Counted from the stretch's first letter, positions 27,785-39,689 are shown. The stretch is 64,000 nucleotides of DNA from Octopus sinensis (GCF_006345805.1 NC_042998.1:50282001-50346000), one strand, 5' to 3'. Notes: generated by a model not told the origin, from the sequence alone. Translations and numbers: made by a program.

Positions 27785-28036
27785 ACTCATCATCATCGGC
27801 AGCAACAACAACAACAGCAGCAGCAGCAGCAGCATAACTATAAAGGCTACACATAAGCACCATTCACTTAAACGTACTGCTACCGTCGCTGTAGTCGCTG
27901 GTGGCTGGTTGGTTGGTTGGTTGGTTGGTTGGTTGGTTCGTGGTGTCGCAGCCATTAGTGCTACTACTACTACTACTAATACTAATGCACATAAGAGTTA
28001 TCATGTATCTTAGAAATGTCAACAGCAACGACAATA

Positions 28037-28076
<40 letters not shown>

Positions 28077-28120
28077 GTACTGCTACTACTTCTACTACTA
28101 CCACCACCACCACCACCACC

Positions 28121-28172
<52 letters not shown>

Positions 28173-28190
28173 ACAACAACAACAATAATA
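26710..28190. repeat. Trinucleotide repeat fields (GGT/GAT, CAG, CAT, GGTT, ACT/ACC)
   Basis: Directly visible. A cryptic ~180 bp duplication (GATGCTAGTGGAGATCGTGATGGTGATA at ~26760 and ~26936) lies inside the GGT field. Confidence 0.9.
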
Positions 28191-28414
28191 ATAATCCTCT
28201 CTTCTATAAGTACAAGGCCTAGAAATTTGGTGGGAGGGGGCCAGTCGATTAGATCGACCCAGTACGCAACTGGTACTTAATTTTTCGATCCCGAAAGGAT
28301 GAAAGGCGAAGTCGACTACGGCGGAATTTGAACGTCGAACGAGAGTTCAGAACGAATAATAATAATAATAAAATAATAATAATAATAATAATAATAAATA
28401 ATAATAATAATAAA

Positions 28415-28967
28415 TTCCCTGATGCAGTACCAGGCAGTGGCTCTCATGGCTTTTGATCTTAACTGATTGGAAGTGTTATCATGTACATTGTTTTGTCTTG
28501 GTATAAAAGATGGGCTACAGCAAATATTCTGCTCAATACCACAGATTTGCTTGTCAGTTGTTTGACCTTAACCAGTTGAGCATGTCCCTTAGTGGCTGAC
28601 AATACGTGCATCTCTGATCACGAGCAGAAGTAGTGGGGGAGCATCATGGACATGTGTTGAGAGGGTTCTTTGGAGTTTGAACAATTCACCTCTGGAAACA
28701 TAGGTGTTTCGTTCAACATCCTAAAGCAACCCTTATTCAGGGACCTTTTGAGCGGGATGGGCTACTCAACCTGAAGAAAATTCTAACTGGGCCCCACCTG
28801 CAAGGTCATGTGCTGTTTATCTTGATATGAGATCACCATGTCGCGCACATATGGTTGTGATGCATGTGCCTGGTGTACCTTTATCAGACGGGTAGTCATG
28901 ATGGGTATATTGGGCTTCGTATTTTTACCCCAGTGTCACTTTGATGGCATGAACTGCTCTCTCACTC
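28415..28967. mobile_element. ~555 bp non-autonomous element flanked by (AAT)n (copy 1 of 4), possibly Dong/R4-related
   Basis: Same termini (..CCCTGATGCAGTACCAGGCAG...CTCTCTCACTC) in copies at 28415, 29181, 50190 and 53964, all embedded in AAT/AAC repeats. No ORF. Confidence 0.75.
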
Positions 28968-29180
28968 AATAATAATAATAATAATCCTCTCTTCTATAAG
29001 TACAAGGCCTAGAAATTTGGTGGGAGGGGGCCAGTCGATTAGATCGACCCAGTACGCAACTGGTACTTAATTTTTCGATCCCGAAGGATGAAAGGCGAAG
29101 TCGACTACGGCGGAATTTGAACGTCGAACGAGAGTTCAGAACGAATAATAATAATAATAATAATAAAATAATAATAATAA

Positions 29181-29736
29181 ATGCCCTGATGCAGTACCAG
29201 GCAGTGGCTCTCATGGCTTTTGATCTTAACTGATTGGAAGTGTTATCATGTACATTGTTTTGTCTTGGTATAAAAGATGGGCTACAGCAAATATTCTGCT
29301 CAATACCACAGATTTGCTTGTCAGTTGTTTGACCTTAACCAGTTGAGCATGTCCCTTAGTGGCTGACAATACGTGCATCTCTGATCACGAGCAGAAGTAG
29401 TGGGGGAGCATCATGGACATGTGTTGAGAGGGATTCTTTGGAGTTTGAACAATTCACCTCTGGAAACATAGGTGTTTCGTTCAACATCCTAAAGCAACCC
29501 TTATTCAGGGACCTTTTGAGCGGGATGGGCTACTCAACCTGAAGAAAATTCTAACTGGGCCCCACCTGCAAGGTCATGTGCTGTTTATCTTGATATGAGA
29601 TCACCATGTCGCGCACATATGGTTGTGATGCATGTGCCTGGTGTACCTTTATCAGACGGGTAGTCATGATGGGTATATTGGGCTTCGTATATTTTACCCC
29701 AGTGTCACTTTGATGGCATGAACTGCTCTCTCACTC
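29181..29736. mobile_element. ~555 bp (AAT)n-flanked element, copy 2
   Basis: Near-identical to 28415-28967. Confidence 0.75.
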
Positions 29737-29984
29737 AATAATAATAATAATAATCCTCTCTTCTATAAGTACAAGGCCTAGAAATTTGGTGGGAGGGGGC
29801 CAGTCGATTAGATCGACCCAGTACGCAACTGGTACTTAATTTTTCGATCCCGAAAGGATGAAAGGCGAAGTCGACTACGGCGGAATTTGAACGTCGAACG
29901 AGAGTTCAGAACGAATAATAATAATAATAATAATAATAATGATGATAATAATAATAATAATTTATTTCTTTATTGCCTACAAGG

Positions 29985-30320
29985 GCTAAAGAGGGAACAA
30001 ACAAGGACTACTTATTTAATCGACCTCGAAAGAATGAAAAACAAAGTCGACCTCGGAATTTGAACTCAGAACATAACGGCAGACGAAATACCTATTTCTT
30101 TACTACCCACAAGGGGCTAAACACAGAGAGGACAAACAAGGACAGACAAACGGATTAAGTCGATTACATCGACGCTAGTGTCTAAGTGGTACTTATTTAA
30201 TTGACCCCGAAAGGATGAAAGGCAAATCGACCTCGGTGGAATTTGAACTTAGAACCTAGCGGCAGACGAAATACCGATCGGCATTTCGCCCGGCGTGCTA
30301 ACGTTTCTGCCAGCTCGCAG
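29985..30320 (-). mobile_element. Family-A SINE, long form, minus strand
   Basis: Reverse head TTTCTGCCAGCTCGC at ~30304-30318 and two GTCGACCTCGG blocks. Confidence 0.8.
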
Positions 30321-30324
30321 AATG

Positions 30325-30655
30325 ATAATAATTTCATTTATTTGCCACAGGGGTGAAGGATGAGGGGGACAATACAGAGACAGATATAATGTGTGGGGGT
30401 TTACATTTAATAATGAAATGACAAAAAAAAAAAAAAAATGTGTGCACGGTATACACTGGAAAAGACGAGACATATGCATAGAATACAAAGGTTAAAAAGC
30501 AAGATAAAACGAGTGGTAGGGGATGATAGAGATGTGGCCCTCCTTATACTGGAACACGCTTGGTATGATCAAGAAACCCCATTATCCGAGATTTCACTGA
30601 AACCCTAGGAGCAAGTGCCCTCTCCAATTCCTTCTCTCCGACTCACAGGTCTACA
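30325..30655 (-). mobile_element. 5'-truncated LINE 3' end (probably Tx1/L1-like)
   Basis: The minus strand is T-rich and 3'UTR-like, ending TGTCCCCCTCATCCTTCACCCCTGTGGCAAATAAATGAAATTATTAT. It resembles the 3' end of the relic at 50745. Confidence 0.5.
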
Positions 30656-30682
30656 CTACTACTACTACTACTACTACTACTA

Positions 30683-30714
<32 letters not shown>

Positions 30715-30869
30715 ATTACTACTACTACTAATCACTACTACTTTTTTGATATTGTATAATTCTGGGACAGTTCTGACCGCGAAGACACCTGTGATCAACT
30801 CAGCTGAAGCCCTTTTCATCTAATCTTTATTTGTGTTTTCTTCTGCAATAGTGTACCTATAACTTTATT

Positions 30870-31082
30870 ACCCAGAAGGGGCTGAACACAGAGTGGACAA
30901 ACAAGGACAGACAAACGGATTAAGTCGATTACATCGACCCCAGTGCGTAACTGGTACTTAATTTATCGACCCCGAAAGAATGAAAGGCAATGTCGACCTC
31001 GGCGGAATTTGAACTCAGAACATAGAGGAGGACGAAATACGGTTACGCATTTCGCCCGGCATGCTAACGTTTCTGCCAGCTT
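30870..31082 (-). mobile_element. Family-A SINE (short form)
   Basis: Reverse match from head to tail. Confidence 0.85.
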
Positions 31083-31459
31083 GTCTGCAATAGTGTACCA
31101 CGCACTGCATTATGCAGCGTGCCATCTGTAAGGCGCACTGGCAGGGTGTGATAGATGGGCGATTTAGTAGAGATTTCTTGCAGGTCGAACTCTCGCTTAT
31201 GCGTAGCGTTGGTGCGAGTTTCAAATGTGACATTACTACCATAACATGATGCGTCGACGTTAAGTACATGCATTTCCTTTACTACAGTGCATGCATACAT
31301 ATATAATATAAAAACATACATACAGGTACACATGTACGCACATGCACAAACTTATACATAAATTTAGGTACACACACACAAATACATAAATATAAGCATT
31401 ACACAACATATACATATGTGTGTGTGTCTGTGTGTGAGTGTATGTGTGTAAGCATCATA

Positions 31460-31840
31460 GGCGCAGGCGTAGCCGTGTGGTAAGGCGGCGAGCTGGCAGA
31501 AACGTTAGCAGTATAATGCTTAGCAGTATTTCGTCTGCCGCTACGTTCTGAGTTCAAATTCCGCCGAGGTCGACTTTGCCTTTCAGATATCAGAGTCGAA
31601 AAATTAATTACCAGTTACGCACTGGGGTCGATGTACTCGTCTTTAATCCCTTTGTGTGTCCTTGTTTGTCCCCTCCATGTTTAGCCCCTTGTGGGCAATA
31701 AAGAAATAAGAAGCTTGCTTTCCAAACACATGGTTCTGGGTTAATTCCCACTGCGTGGCAACTTAGTCAAGTGTCTGCTCCTATAACTTCGGGCCGTCCA
31801 AAGCTTTGTGGGTGATATATATATATATATATATGTGTGT

Positions 31841-31880
<40 letters not shown>

Positions 31881-32035
31881 TCGTCACTATCACCGCTCGA
31901 CAACCAGCGATGGCATGATCACGTCCCCGTAACTTAGCGGTTCGCAAAAGTGACGGATAGAGTAAGTACTAGGCTTAAAAGTCATTCAAGGCGGTGCTCC
32001 AGCATGGCCACAGTCAAACAACAGAAACAAGTAAG
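31460..32035 (+). mobile_element. Family-B SINE interrupted by a family-A SINE (31483-31710)
   Basis: GGCGCAGGCGTAGCCGTGTGGTAAG + [GCGGCGAGCTGGCAG...AAAGAAATAAG] + AAGCTTGCTTTCC. TAAG occurs on both sides and may be a TSD. Confidence 0.85.
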
Positions 32036-32041
32036 AGAATA

Positions 32042-32199
32042 AGGCGTGGCTGTGTGGTAAGAAGCTTGCTTCCCAGTCACATGGTTCTGGGTTCAGTCCG
32101 ACTGCGTGACACCTTGGGCAAGTGTCTTCTACTAAAGCCTCGGGCAGACCAAAGCCTTTTGAGTGGATTTGGCAGACGGAAGCTGAAAGAAGCCCGTCG

Positions 32200-32231
<32 letters not shown>

Positions 32232-32562
32232 TGTATGTATGTATGTATGTATGTATGTATGTATGTATGTATGTATGTATGTATGTATGTATGTATGTAT
32301 GTATGTATGTATGTATGCATGTATGTATGTATGTACGTATATATCTATTTGCGTGCGTTCGTGTCGGTGTTTGTCTTCCCCCCACCGCTTGACCAACGAT
32401 GTTGGTAAATTACGTCCCCGTAAATTAGCGGTTTGGCAGAAGTAATCGATACAATAAGCACCAAGCTTACAAAGAACAAGTTCAGGGGTCGATTTCTTCG
32501 ACTAAAAGACGGTGCTACAACATGGCCAAAGTCAAGTGACTGAAACAAGTAAAGAGATAAAA
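32042..32562 (+). mobile_element. Family-B SINE, full length, with internal (ATGT)n expansion
   Basis: tRNA-like head, CCTTGGGCAAGTGTCTTC CORE-like segment, ~145 bp (ATGT)n, tail ending GACTGAAACAAGTAAAGAGATAAAAG. Confidence 0.9.
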
Positions 32563-32749
32563 GTATATATATATATATATGCAGTTAACTCTATGTACGA
32601 GTGACCAATGTTTTCGCGTCCAGAAAGGGCCTAGCCCAATGGACAACTCGTCAGACTCTGAAGCCGAGATATATAATACTTCCGTTTGGGAAGTGGGAAT
32701 CCTATATATATATATATATATATACATCACCGAAAAGGTCATTATTTTT

Positions 32750-33050
32750 CCACGCTTGCTGATATTGTTTTTGTGTCTCCTTTTGTCTCAAAGCCATAGG
32801 GCGCCTGTGTCATCCATGTTTTTAACCGTTACTGTCTCCAAAAAAGTTTTTTTCGTTTCATGTTCGTCTCTGTTGCGTTGCATTCTTTCCTTCTGTGGCT
32901 GGCTGATTCAGAGCGGATCTCAGAATTAAACAGCCGAAATCTGCGATGAGGAATCAGTTTCTGACTGAAGAACGAAGGCTTTGAATGACCCGTTTGTCTT
33001 TTATGTTCGTCCCTTCGTGTATTTCACGTTATTTATTTATGTAAAGGTTT
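32750..33050. mobile_element. Penelope-like terminal fragment, decayed
   Basis: Shares the GACTGAAGAA..GAATGACCCGT..TGTC..TTGTCCC block with the reverse of 39690-39830. Confidence 0.4.
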
Positions 33051-33062
33051 ATTATATATATA

Positions 33063-33105
<43 letters not shown>

Positions 33106-33200
33106 ATACATAACTACATCTTTGTATATATATAAATAACAGATAGGTGCAAGCAACAACCAGTATGAAAATACAATACAATTGGCAGGATACGTTAGAT

Positions 33201-33298
33201 ATCGTGTGGTGATGCTACGTAATATTTGTGTAATTCAATCATCAGACGTAGAATCTACCAGTGAATTACGCAAATCTGATGTAACATCACCAAACAAT
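33201..33298. other. pri-miRNA-like hairpin (31 bp stem plus basal extension)
   Basis: Arm 33207-33237 pairs with arm 33262-33292 with 26 Watson-Crick pairs, 2 G-U pairs and 3 mismatches on the plus strand. The loop is 24 nt. Confidence 0.4.
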
Positions 33299-33339
33299 GC
33301 GTAGTGTCTCCGGTGGGTAGAGTTGTATTATGCTATATT

Positions 33340-33610
33340 TTGTGTTTTACTTGTTTCAGTGATTAGACTGCGGCCATGCTGGGGCATCGCCTTGAAATTT
33401 TTTTTTAGTCGAATGAATCGACCCCCACCCCCAGTTTTTATTCTTTTTTAAAGCCTGGTATTTAGTCTATCGTTCCTGTTTGTCGAACCGCTAGTCTACC
33501 AGGACGTATACAAATCAGTACTGGTTGTCAAGTGGATGTGTGGGACAAGCACATAAAGAAACACGCACGCACACACACGCACACACGAACACACACACAC
33601 ACACATACGG
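33340..33610 (-). mobile_element. Family-B SINE, 3' half
   Basis: TTGTTTCAGT..TTAGACTGCGGCCATGCTGGGGCA..GCC, the reverse of the family-B tail. Confidence 0.7.
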
Positions 33611-33643
33611 CTACCAAATCTGCTGTCAAGACTCTTCGGAAGC

Positions 33644-33686
<43 letters not shown>

Positions 33687-33699
33687 ATATTATATATAT

Positions 33700-33754
<55 letters not shown>

Positions 33755-33765
33755 TAGATAGATAA

Positions 33766-33817
<52 letters not shown>

Positions 33818-33818
33818 G

Positions 33819-33875
<57 letters not shown>

Positions 33876-35069
33876 GGATAAATAGATAGATAGACGGATG
33901 TACACATGTATGTATATGTATGTATATGTATGCATGTATAGGCGTGTGTTTGAATGTGTCTGTATACATTTATACTTCACACAAAATTGTCCGACTGTCT
34001 TGACGTTCCTGTTATAATCCTCCGCTTTGCACTTCCGAAGGAGTGTGAAGAAAGATATCTATTCCTTGATAAAGTGTAAGGGTTTGTGATATAAAAGACA
34101 CTCGATTGTAAAACAATGGCTCAATAATATATTCGTCTAATCCGCAATATTATGGGAAAACGGATGAAGAAACGACATGGGTGAATGATTTGATTTTTAG
34201 GACAACCATGAATGATTCTGATATTAGTCTGTTGGTTATACTTCTCAGCATTCTTGTATATGTAAGTATACACAGGCATATATATATATATTCACATGTA
34301 TATTTAATATATGTGTGAATGATGATGTGATGCTTATTATATGACTAACAAGATTATGAAACAACTGTAAACGTATGGAATAAACATCTGTTCTTTCACT
34401 TCCCTTGTCCAATCGGTTCTATTCACACACACACATATCCATCCATCCATCCATCCATCCATCCATCCATCCATCCATCCATCCATACACACACACATAC
34501 ATACGTACACACACACACACTGTCACACACAAATATTTATACATATACATGCACACATACGAATACATATATACATATATACAAACATACATATAAATTT
34601 GTAGAACTTTCCAGAATTTTATCATTCAAGGTTAGAAGCCGGCTCTTTATTGGTAAGAAATCTTGAAGTAAAACGGAATAATGCCATACATACATACATG
34701 CATACATACACACATACATAGATGCATATATATATAGATGCATACATACATACATGCATACATACATACATGCATGCATACATGCATGCATACATGCATA
34801 CATGCATACATACATACATACATACATACATACATACATACATGCATACATGCATACATACATGCATACATACATACTTGCATACATGCATACATACATT
34901 CATACATACATACATACATACATACATACATACATACATACATACATACATACATACATAAACAAACTAGGGATGTACCACTGGTATGCAAAGTAGGCAA
35001 TGCCTACCTAGATATAGTATATTTTTTTCCTTTTTATCATACAAATCCTGCACGATTTCCAATTCATTA

Positions 35070-35446
35070 TAAACAGTAGCACTCAGAGAGCGTAAAACTC
35101 CGCCAAAGCAACACCAACGTCTTCTCAACAATTAGCCAGAGATGATTTTTTAAAATGAGAATATCAGAAATAAACTCGACTGCCCTCACAAGCAAGAATA
35201 CTAAAAATGAACCCGACCGCTCTCAAAAATTAAGTAAAAAATAAAAAAAGAAACGGGAAAAATAATCCAGAATCTTTGTCCGGCACCGGATCGATCCCAG
35301 ATTCTAATCAGCTCGTGCCAGTCACGAGGCCAAACATCCCTGAAAGTTTCATTCGAATTTATCCAGCGGTTCGTGAGATATCTTGTCCACGGACAGAACA
35401 AACACGACAAAACAATACCTTCGCCTTAACGAAGGCGGAGGTTAAT
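35070..35446 (+). mobile_element. Helentron/DINE-like (HINE-type) non-autonomous element
   Basis: 5' subterminal CTCCGCC (~35098) is complementary to 3' GGCGGAG. A 3' palindrome ACCTTCGCCTTAACGAAGGCGGAGGT sits at 35417-35442. Internal GATCC..AAAGTTTCAT..GAA..TATCC motifs are typical of these elements. Confidence 0.5.
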
Positions 35447-35790
35447 ATTCATTAAATGCTTTTTAAAATTTAATACTCATTTAGAACACAGTATATAATT
35501 CAGTTAAAAGATTACAATTTTGATGTTCGATGACCAGAATAACTAACGCCTTTCAAGTTCAACGTGTATCGCTGTTAATCACACGTTGAGGGATTGCAAT
35601 TCGAGAATGAAACAAATATACCGTTCCGTAATAGAAGTTAAGCTGCCTTTGATCAATGTCATTACTGAGGGAGGAGTGTATGCGGAAATGTTACTTAGCT
35701 TGTGTCTTTGGCTCTAATGATCTGAACTAATTTTAGGAAATAATTTATCGCATATGAGTATATAAAATAGTAACAATGAATATTTATATA

Positions 35791-35954
35791 CATGACTGTG
35801 TGGTTAAAAGGTTGCTTTCCAACAGCATAACTCCGGGTTCAGTCTCACTGTGTGGCACATTAGGCAAGTGTCCTCTTCTATAGCCTCAGGCCGGCAGAAA
35901 CCTTGTGAGAGGATTTGGAAGACGGAAATTGAAAGAAGCCCATTGTGTATGTAT

Positions 35955-36037
<83 letters not shown>

Positions 36038-36190
36038 GTGTGTGTGTGTGTTTTCACACCGTTATTGCTTCGTTTACATCCCAGCAACTTAGTGTACTGT
36101 AGTACTGAAGTCGCTTCGTTCTGCTAAAAATTCTTCAGGCAGTACCCCCGCCTAGTCACAGTCTAATGACTGAAACACGTATAAGATAAG
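35791..36190 (+). mobile_element. Family-B SINE with internal (TA)n(TG)n
   Basis: Co-linear with 32042-32562. Confidence 0.8.
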
Positions 36191-36897
36191 ATACATACAT
36201 ACATAGATATGCACTTACACATGCATACACACACGTACGCATACGCGCATGCTTACACACAATACAAACACACAAATATACATACATGTGTATACATACT
36301 TTGGAAAGCACGAACGAGTAAGTACTCAATACAAGTTTTAAAGTATATTTAAATCGGATGTAGCCGGGTATCGTTTTCTCGTGAGATCTTCCAAGTGTAG
36401 CCGGTTCTCACGAAGGACCAGCTTGTTGGACAGGCAATGTGAAGAATACCTTTTATCGTAAATTCCTAGTAATTGTGAAGGGCAATGCTCTTTTTAAAAG
36501 GGCTATTCGGACACAAGAAATACCGCCTAATATTTTCCCCTCCCCAGTTATAAAGTGAACGGTGTTAAGATAATTTCGGATTGGCCTAATATGCAAACTT
36601 GTGACTGCTTGCTTCCAGCACAAATTCGCCAGGTACCTAACATCAAGGGCTTTTGAGAATCTCCCTCAAATCACACACTACTATCTGTCACGAAGGAAGA
36701 GAATGGCGAAATTTTAGACGCTGAATGCAGATAGCATTAGCAAGAAGTAGGAACGCATATAGTTGAATGAGGAGGATACACTGAAATACGTTTGTGTAAC
36801 GTTAAACTTTCTACTTTTTCCTCATTTCCCAGTCCCTCTTTAATCGTTATTTTCCTCATCGTATCATGAAGCATGGCACACACACACACACACACAC

Positions 36898-36928
<31 letters not shown>

Positions 36929-37854
36929 CACAAATATACACATACACTGAGAGATAAAAAGAGCGAGACAGACAAAAAGGGAGAGAATAAGAGACTCATT
37001 TAAAGAGGTAAAGGGGGTTAATGAGAGGAGAGGTGATCGAGATTATGCCATCTACTTGAAACCTGAAGAACTTCCTTCTTCAAATATGCAGGCCTTTGTA
37101 AATCCTTTCTTGAGTATATCCGCAAATAAAACTCTCTCGTTCTGTATCAAGCTGGATATAGCAGACAGTACATAGTAGTCTCGGATATGAGAAAAATTGT
37201 CAGAGTGGAATATCTTTGAACCATATGTTTGTTCTATCAGGATTAACTTGGGGCTAAGCGACAGCAATCACTTCAATGAAACCAGTAAAAGAGGACGAAA
37301 TTAAAAGAATCTAAATACAGTATAATCAACAAACAACCTAGATTAGAAGCTCTGCTTCTAATTATAGAGCATCGTAAATACAACAGCTTATAAACTGCAG
37401 CACAAAGTGATATATACGTGAATGTCCTGTAGACATTAATAACGGTGTCCTACTAACAGATTTCTTCTTTTGATAATGTAATTCTAGGCTGCATTTATAC
37501 TACTTCACACAGCTAACATGGTAGGTAATTCATATGTTCATTATATTAAGCATAGATGTCTACATAAGCAAATTAGAAAAAAATTTATATGGCACAAGGA
37601 TATTATCTCCTTTGTTGTAACTCCAAGTTGCATCAAAGGAAAATTATTCTACAAAGTTAACAAACCATCTAAGGAAAGTAATTTTTAAGTGTCTTGTGTA
37701 AACGTGTATTTCTATGGGATTTAGTTAACTTTTCTTCGGTTGCAGAATTCATGCACATCGCTAAAAATATTGCGGAGACCTATTGTTAAATTTGATACAG
37801 AGCTTGAGGTTTTGGTTATCTGGATTGTTTGCTATATGCAGAAATATGTTTGTA

Positions 37855-38148
37855 AGCACAGGCGTAGCTGTGTGGTAAGAAGTTTGCTTCCTAACCACTT
37901 GGTTCCGGGTTCAGTCCCACTGCGGGGCACCTTGGGCAAGTGTCTTCTACTATAGACTCGGGCAGACCAAAGCCTTGTGAGTGGATTCGGTAGACGGAAA
38001 CTGAAAGAAGCACGTCTTACATACACACACACACACACACACATATGTATTTGTGTATCTGTGTATGAAACTCCACCACCACATGACAACTGATGTTGGT
38101 GAGTTTATGTCCCCCGTAACTTAGCGGTTCGACAAAACAGATCGATAG
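37855..38148 (+). mobile_element. Family-B SINE, 3'-truncated
   Basis: Head through GCGGTTCGACAAAAC, then an abrupt switch to unrelated sequence. Confidence 0.8.
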
Positions 38149-38149
38149 G

Positions 38150-38640
38150 TTCTCTTCCAGAGCTTTCTTGCAAATGGCAGACTACTACCTCCCTTAGTAA
38201 CCTCATTATTAACCCCTCACTCTAGCTGAACTATCTTTTCCCTTTCCACGATTCCCTGTTTTAATACCCGCCATAAACGCACCGACCTTCTTCCTTCCCT
38301 CTCTGATACTGCTAGCTCTCCACATTTAATCATTCCATCTTTGGACTTTTCAGCATTGAAATCTGAAATGTAAGACCTTCTCTATCCTGATGACGGAGGC
38401 TCATCTTATCCAATGTTAATTGCATGCATACGGCCGCATATTGTGATAAACTACATCTACCAATACTATTATCGATCTCCGAGCCCCCAGAAACAGACGT
38501 TGGACTTATAACAGCTTTCTTTCAACCTTTAATTTTCTCTGTCGTTTGTACACCGTGTAAGTTGAATGTATTTAAATTAAATATCTATATGTTTATACTT
38601 CAAAACGTCTCCACCTTTTGCTTTCTATCGTTTTGAATGA
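38150..38640 (+). mobile_element. Penelope-like 3'/pLTR relic
   Basis: CCTGATGA...GAAAC terminal motif followed by a pyrimidine-rich tail and (ATAC)n. The assignment is inference. Confidence 0.4.
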
Positions 38641-39689
38641 ATGAATACATACATACATACATACATACATACATACACATACACACACGCACACATATAT
38701 ATGTATATATATATATATATTTGTATTTCATACCCAATCTATTATATTTAATATATATAAAGATATTTCATATATCTAATTTGTTTATCCGTATAATTGC
38801 CTCTCACTTTCACTAAACATACACATACATACATACATACATACGTACACACACATACACACATATACATACATACATACATACATACACATACATACAT
38901 ACGTACACACACACACATACACACACATACATACATACATACATACATACATACATACATACATACATACATACATACATACATACATACATACATACAT
39001 ACATACATACATACGTATATATATATAGATGGTTTTATCTCTAATTTAATTTATATATATATATATATCGGCGTCATTGTCGTCGGATTTTTCTCGTATA
39101 CGAGAATTTAGTTTCTTCGTTGCTGTATGTAAGTATTTATGTATGTATGTTTGTACGTGTGTTGTACTTGTAAAGTGACGTTATCTTGGAGACCATGTGT
39201 TGAAGCTGAAGCAATTTCATCGTCAAAATGACATTTTAATCATTGGCTAGCAGACAACTGCTGGTGAATGCGCGTTTTATTTGCTTCTTGAAGTGTTACA
39301 AGTTTCATCGCACACCTGCAACCAAGTCACTGAAAATCTTTGAAATTTAGTTAATGACCAGCTGTTATAGTTTTAAGGTTATATTTCTTGTTTCACTTCC
39401 ACACAAATGTGTCTGTTGATATCACCTGGCGGTCACATTAAGTTACTTTCAGTTTCTGACATCTCGTCTGTTTACTATAATAATATACCTGATAGTTTAG
39501 ATATCAATTATATAATTGCATATATATATATATACATATACGTTTATGCATATGTGTGATTGTATGTGTGTATGTGTGTATATGTATATATAATAATATA
39601 TCATAATGATAATATAAATAATATATATATATGTGCATATATACACACGTATATGTACATACATCTATACGTATATATATGCATATATA

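Larger units (their letters stand above)
28193..29913. repeat. A-B-A-B-A tandem duplication (period 790/769 bp)
   Basis: A is a minus-strand family-A SINE fragment starting AATCCTCTCTTCTATAAG at 28193, 28983 and 29752. B is the 555 bp element at 28415 and 29181. Confidence 0.95.

Noticed and set aside
27906-27937. (GGTT)n as a telomere-like repeat
   Set aside because: It is a short tetranucleotide microsatellite, not TTAGGG.
28415-28480. Partial similarity to miR-217 (TACTGCATCAGG on one strand, AACTGATTGGA on the other)
   Set aside because: The two halves are on opposite strands of a multi-copy repeat and do not form a precursor, so this is coincidence.
37052-37267. 71 aa minus-strand ORF in unique sequence
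   Set aside because: It has no ATG start, no recognisable motif and no convincing splice sites. This length is expected by chance.
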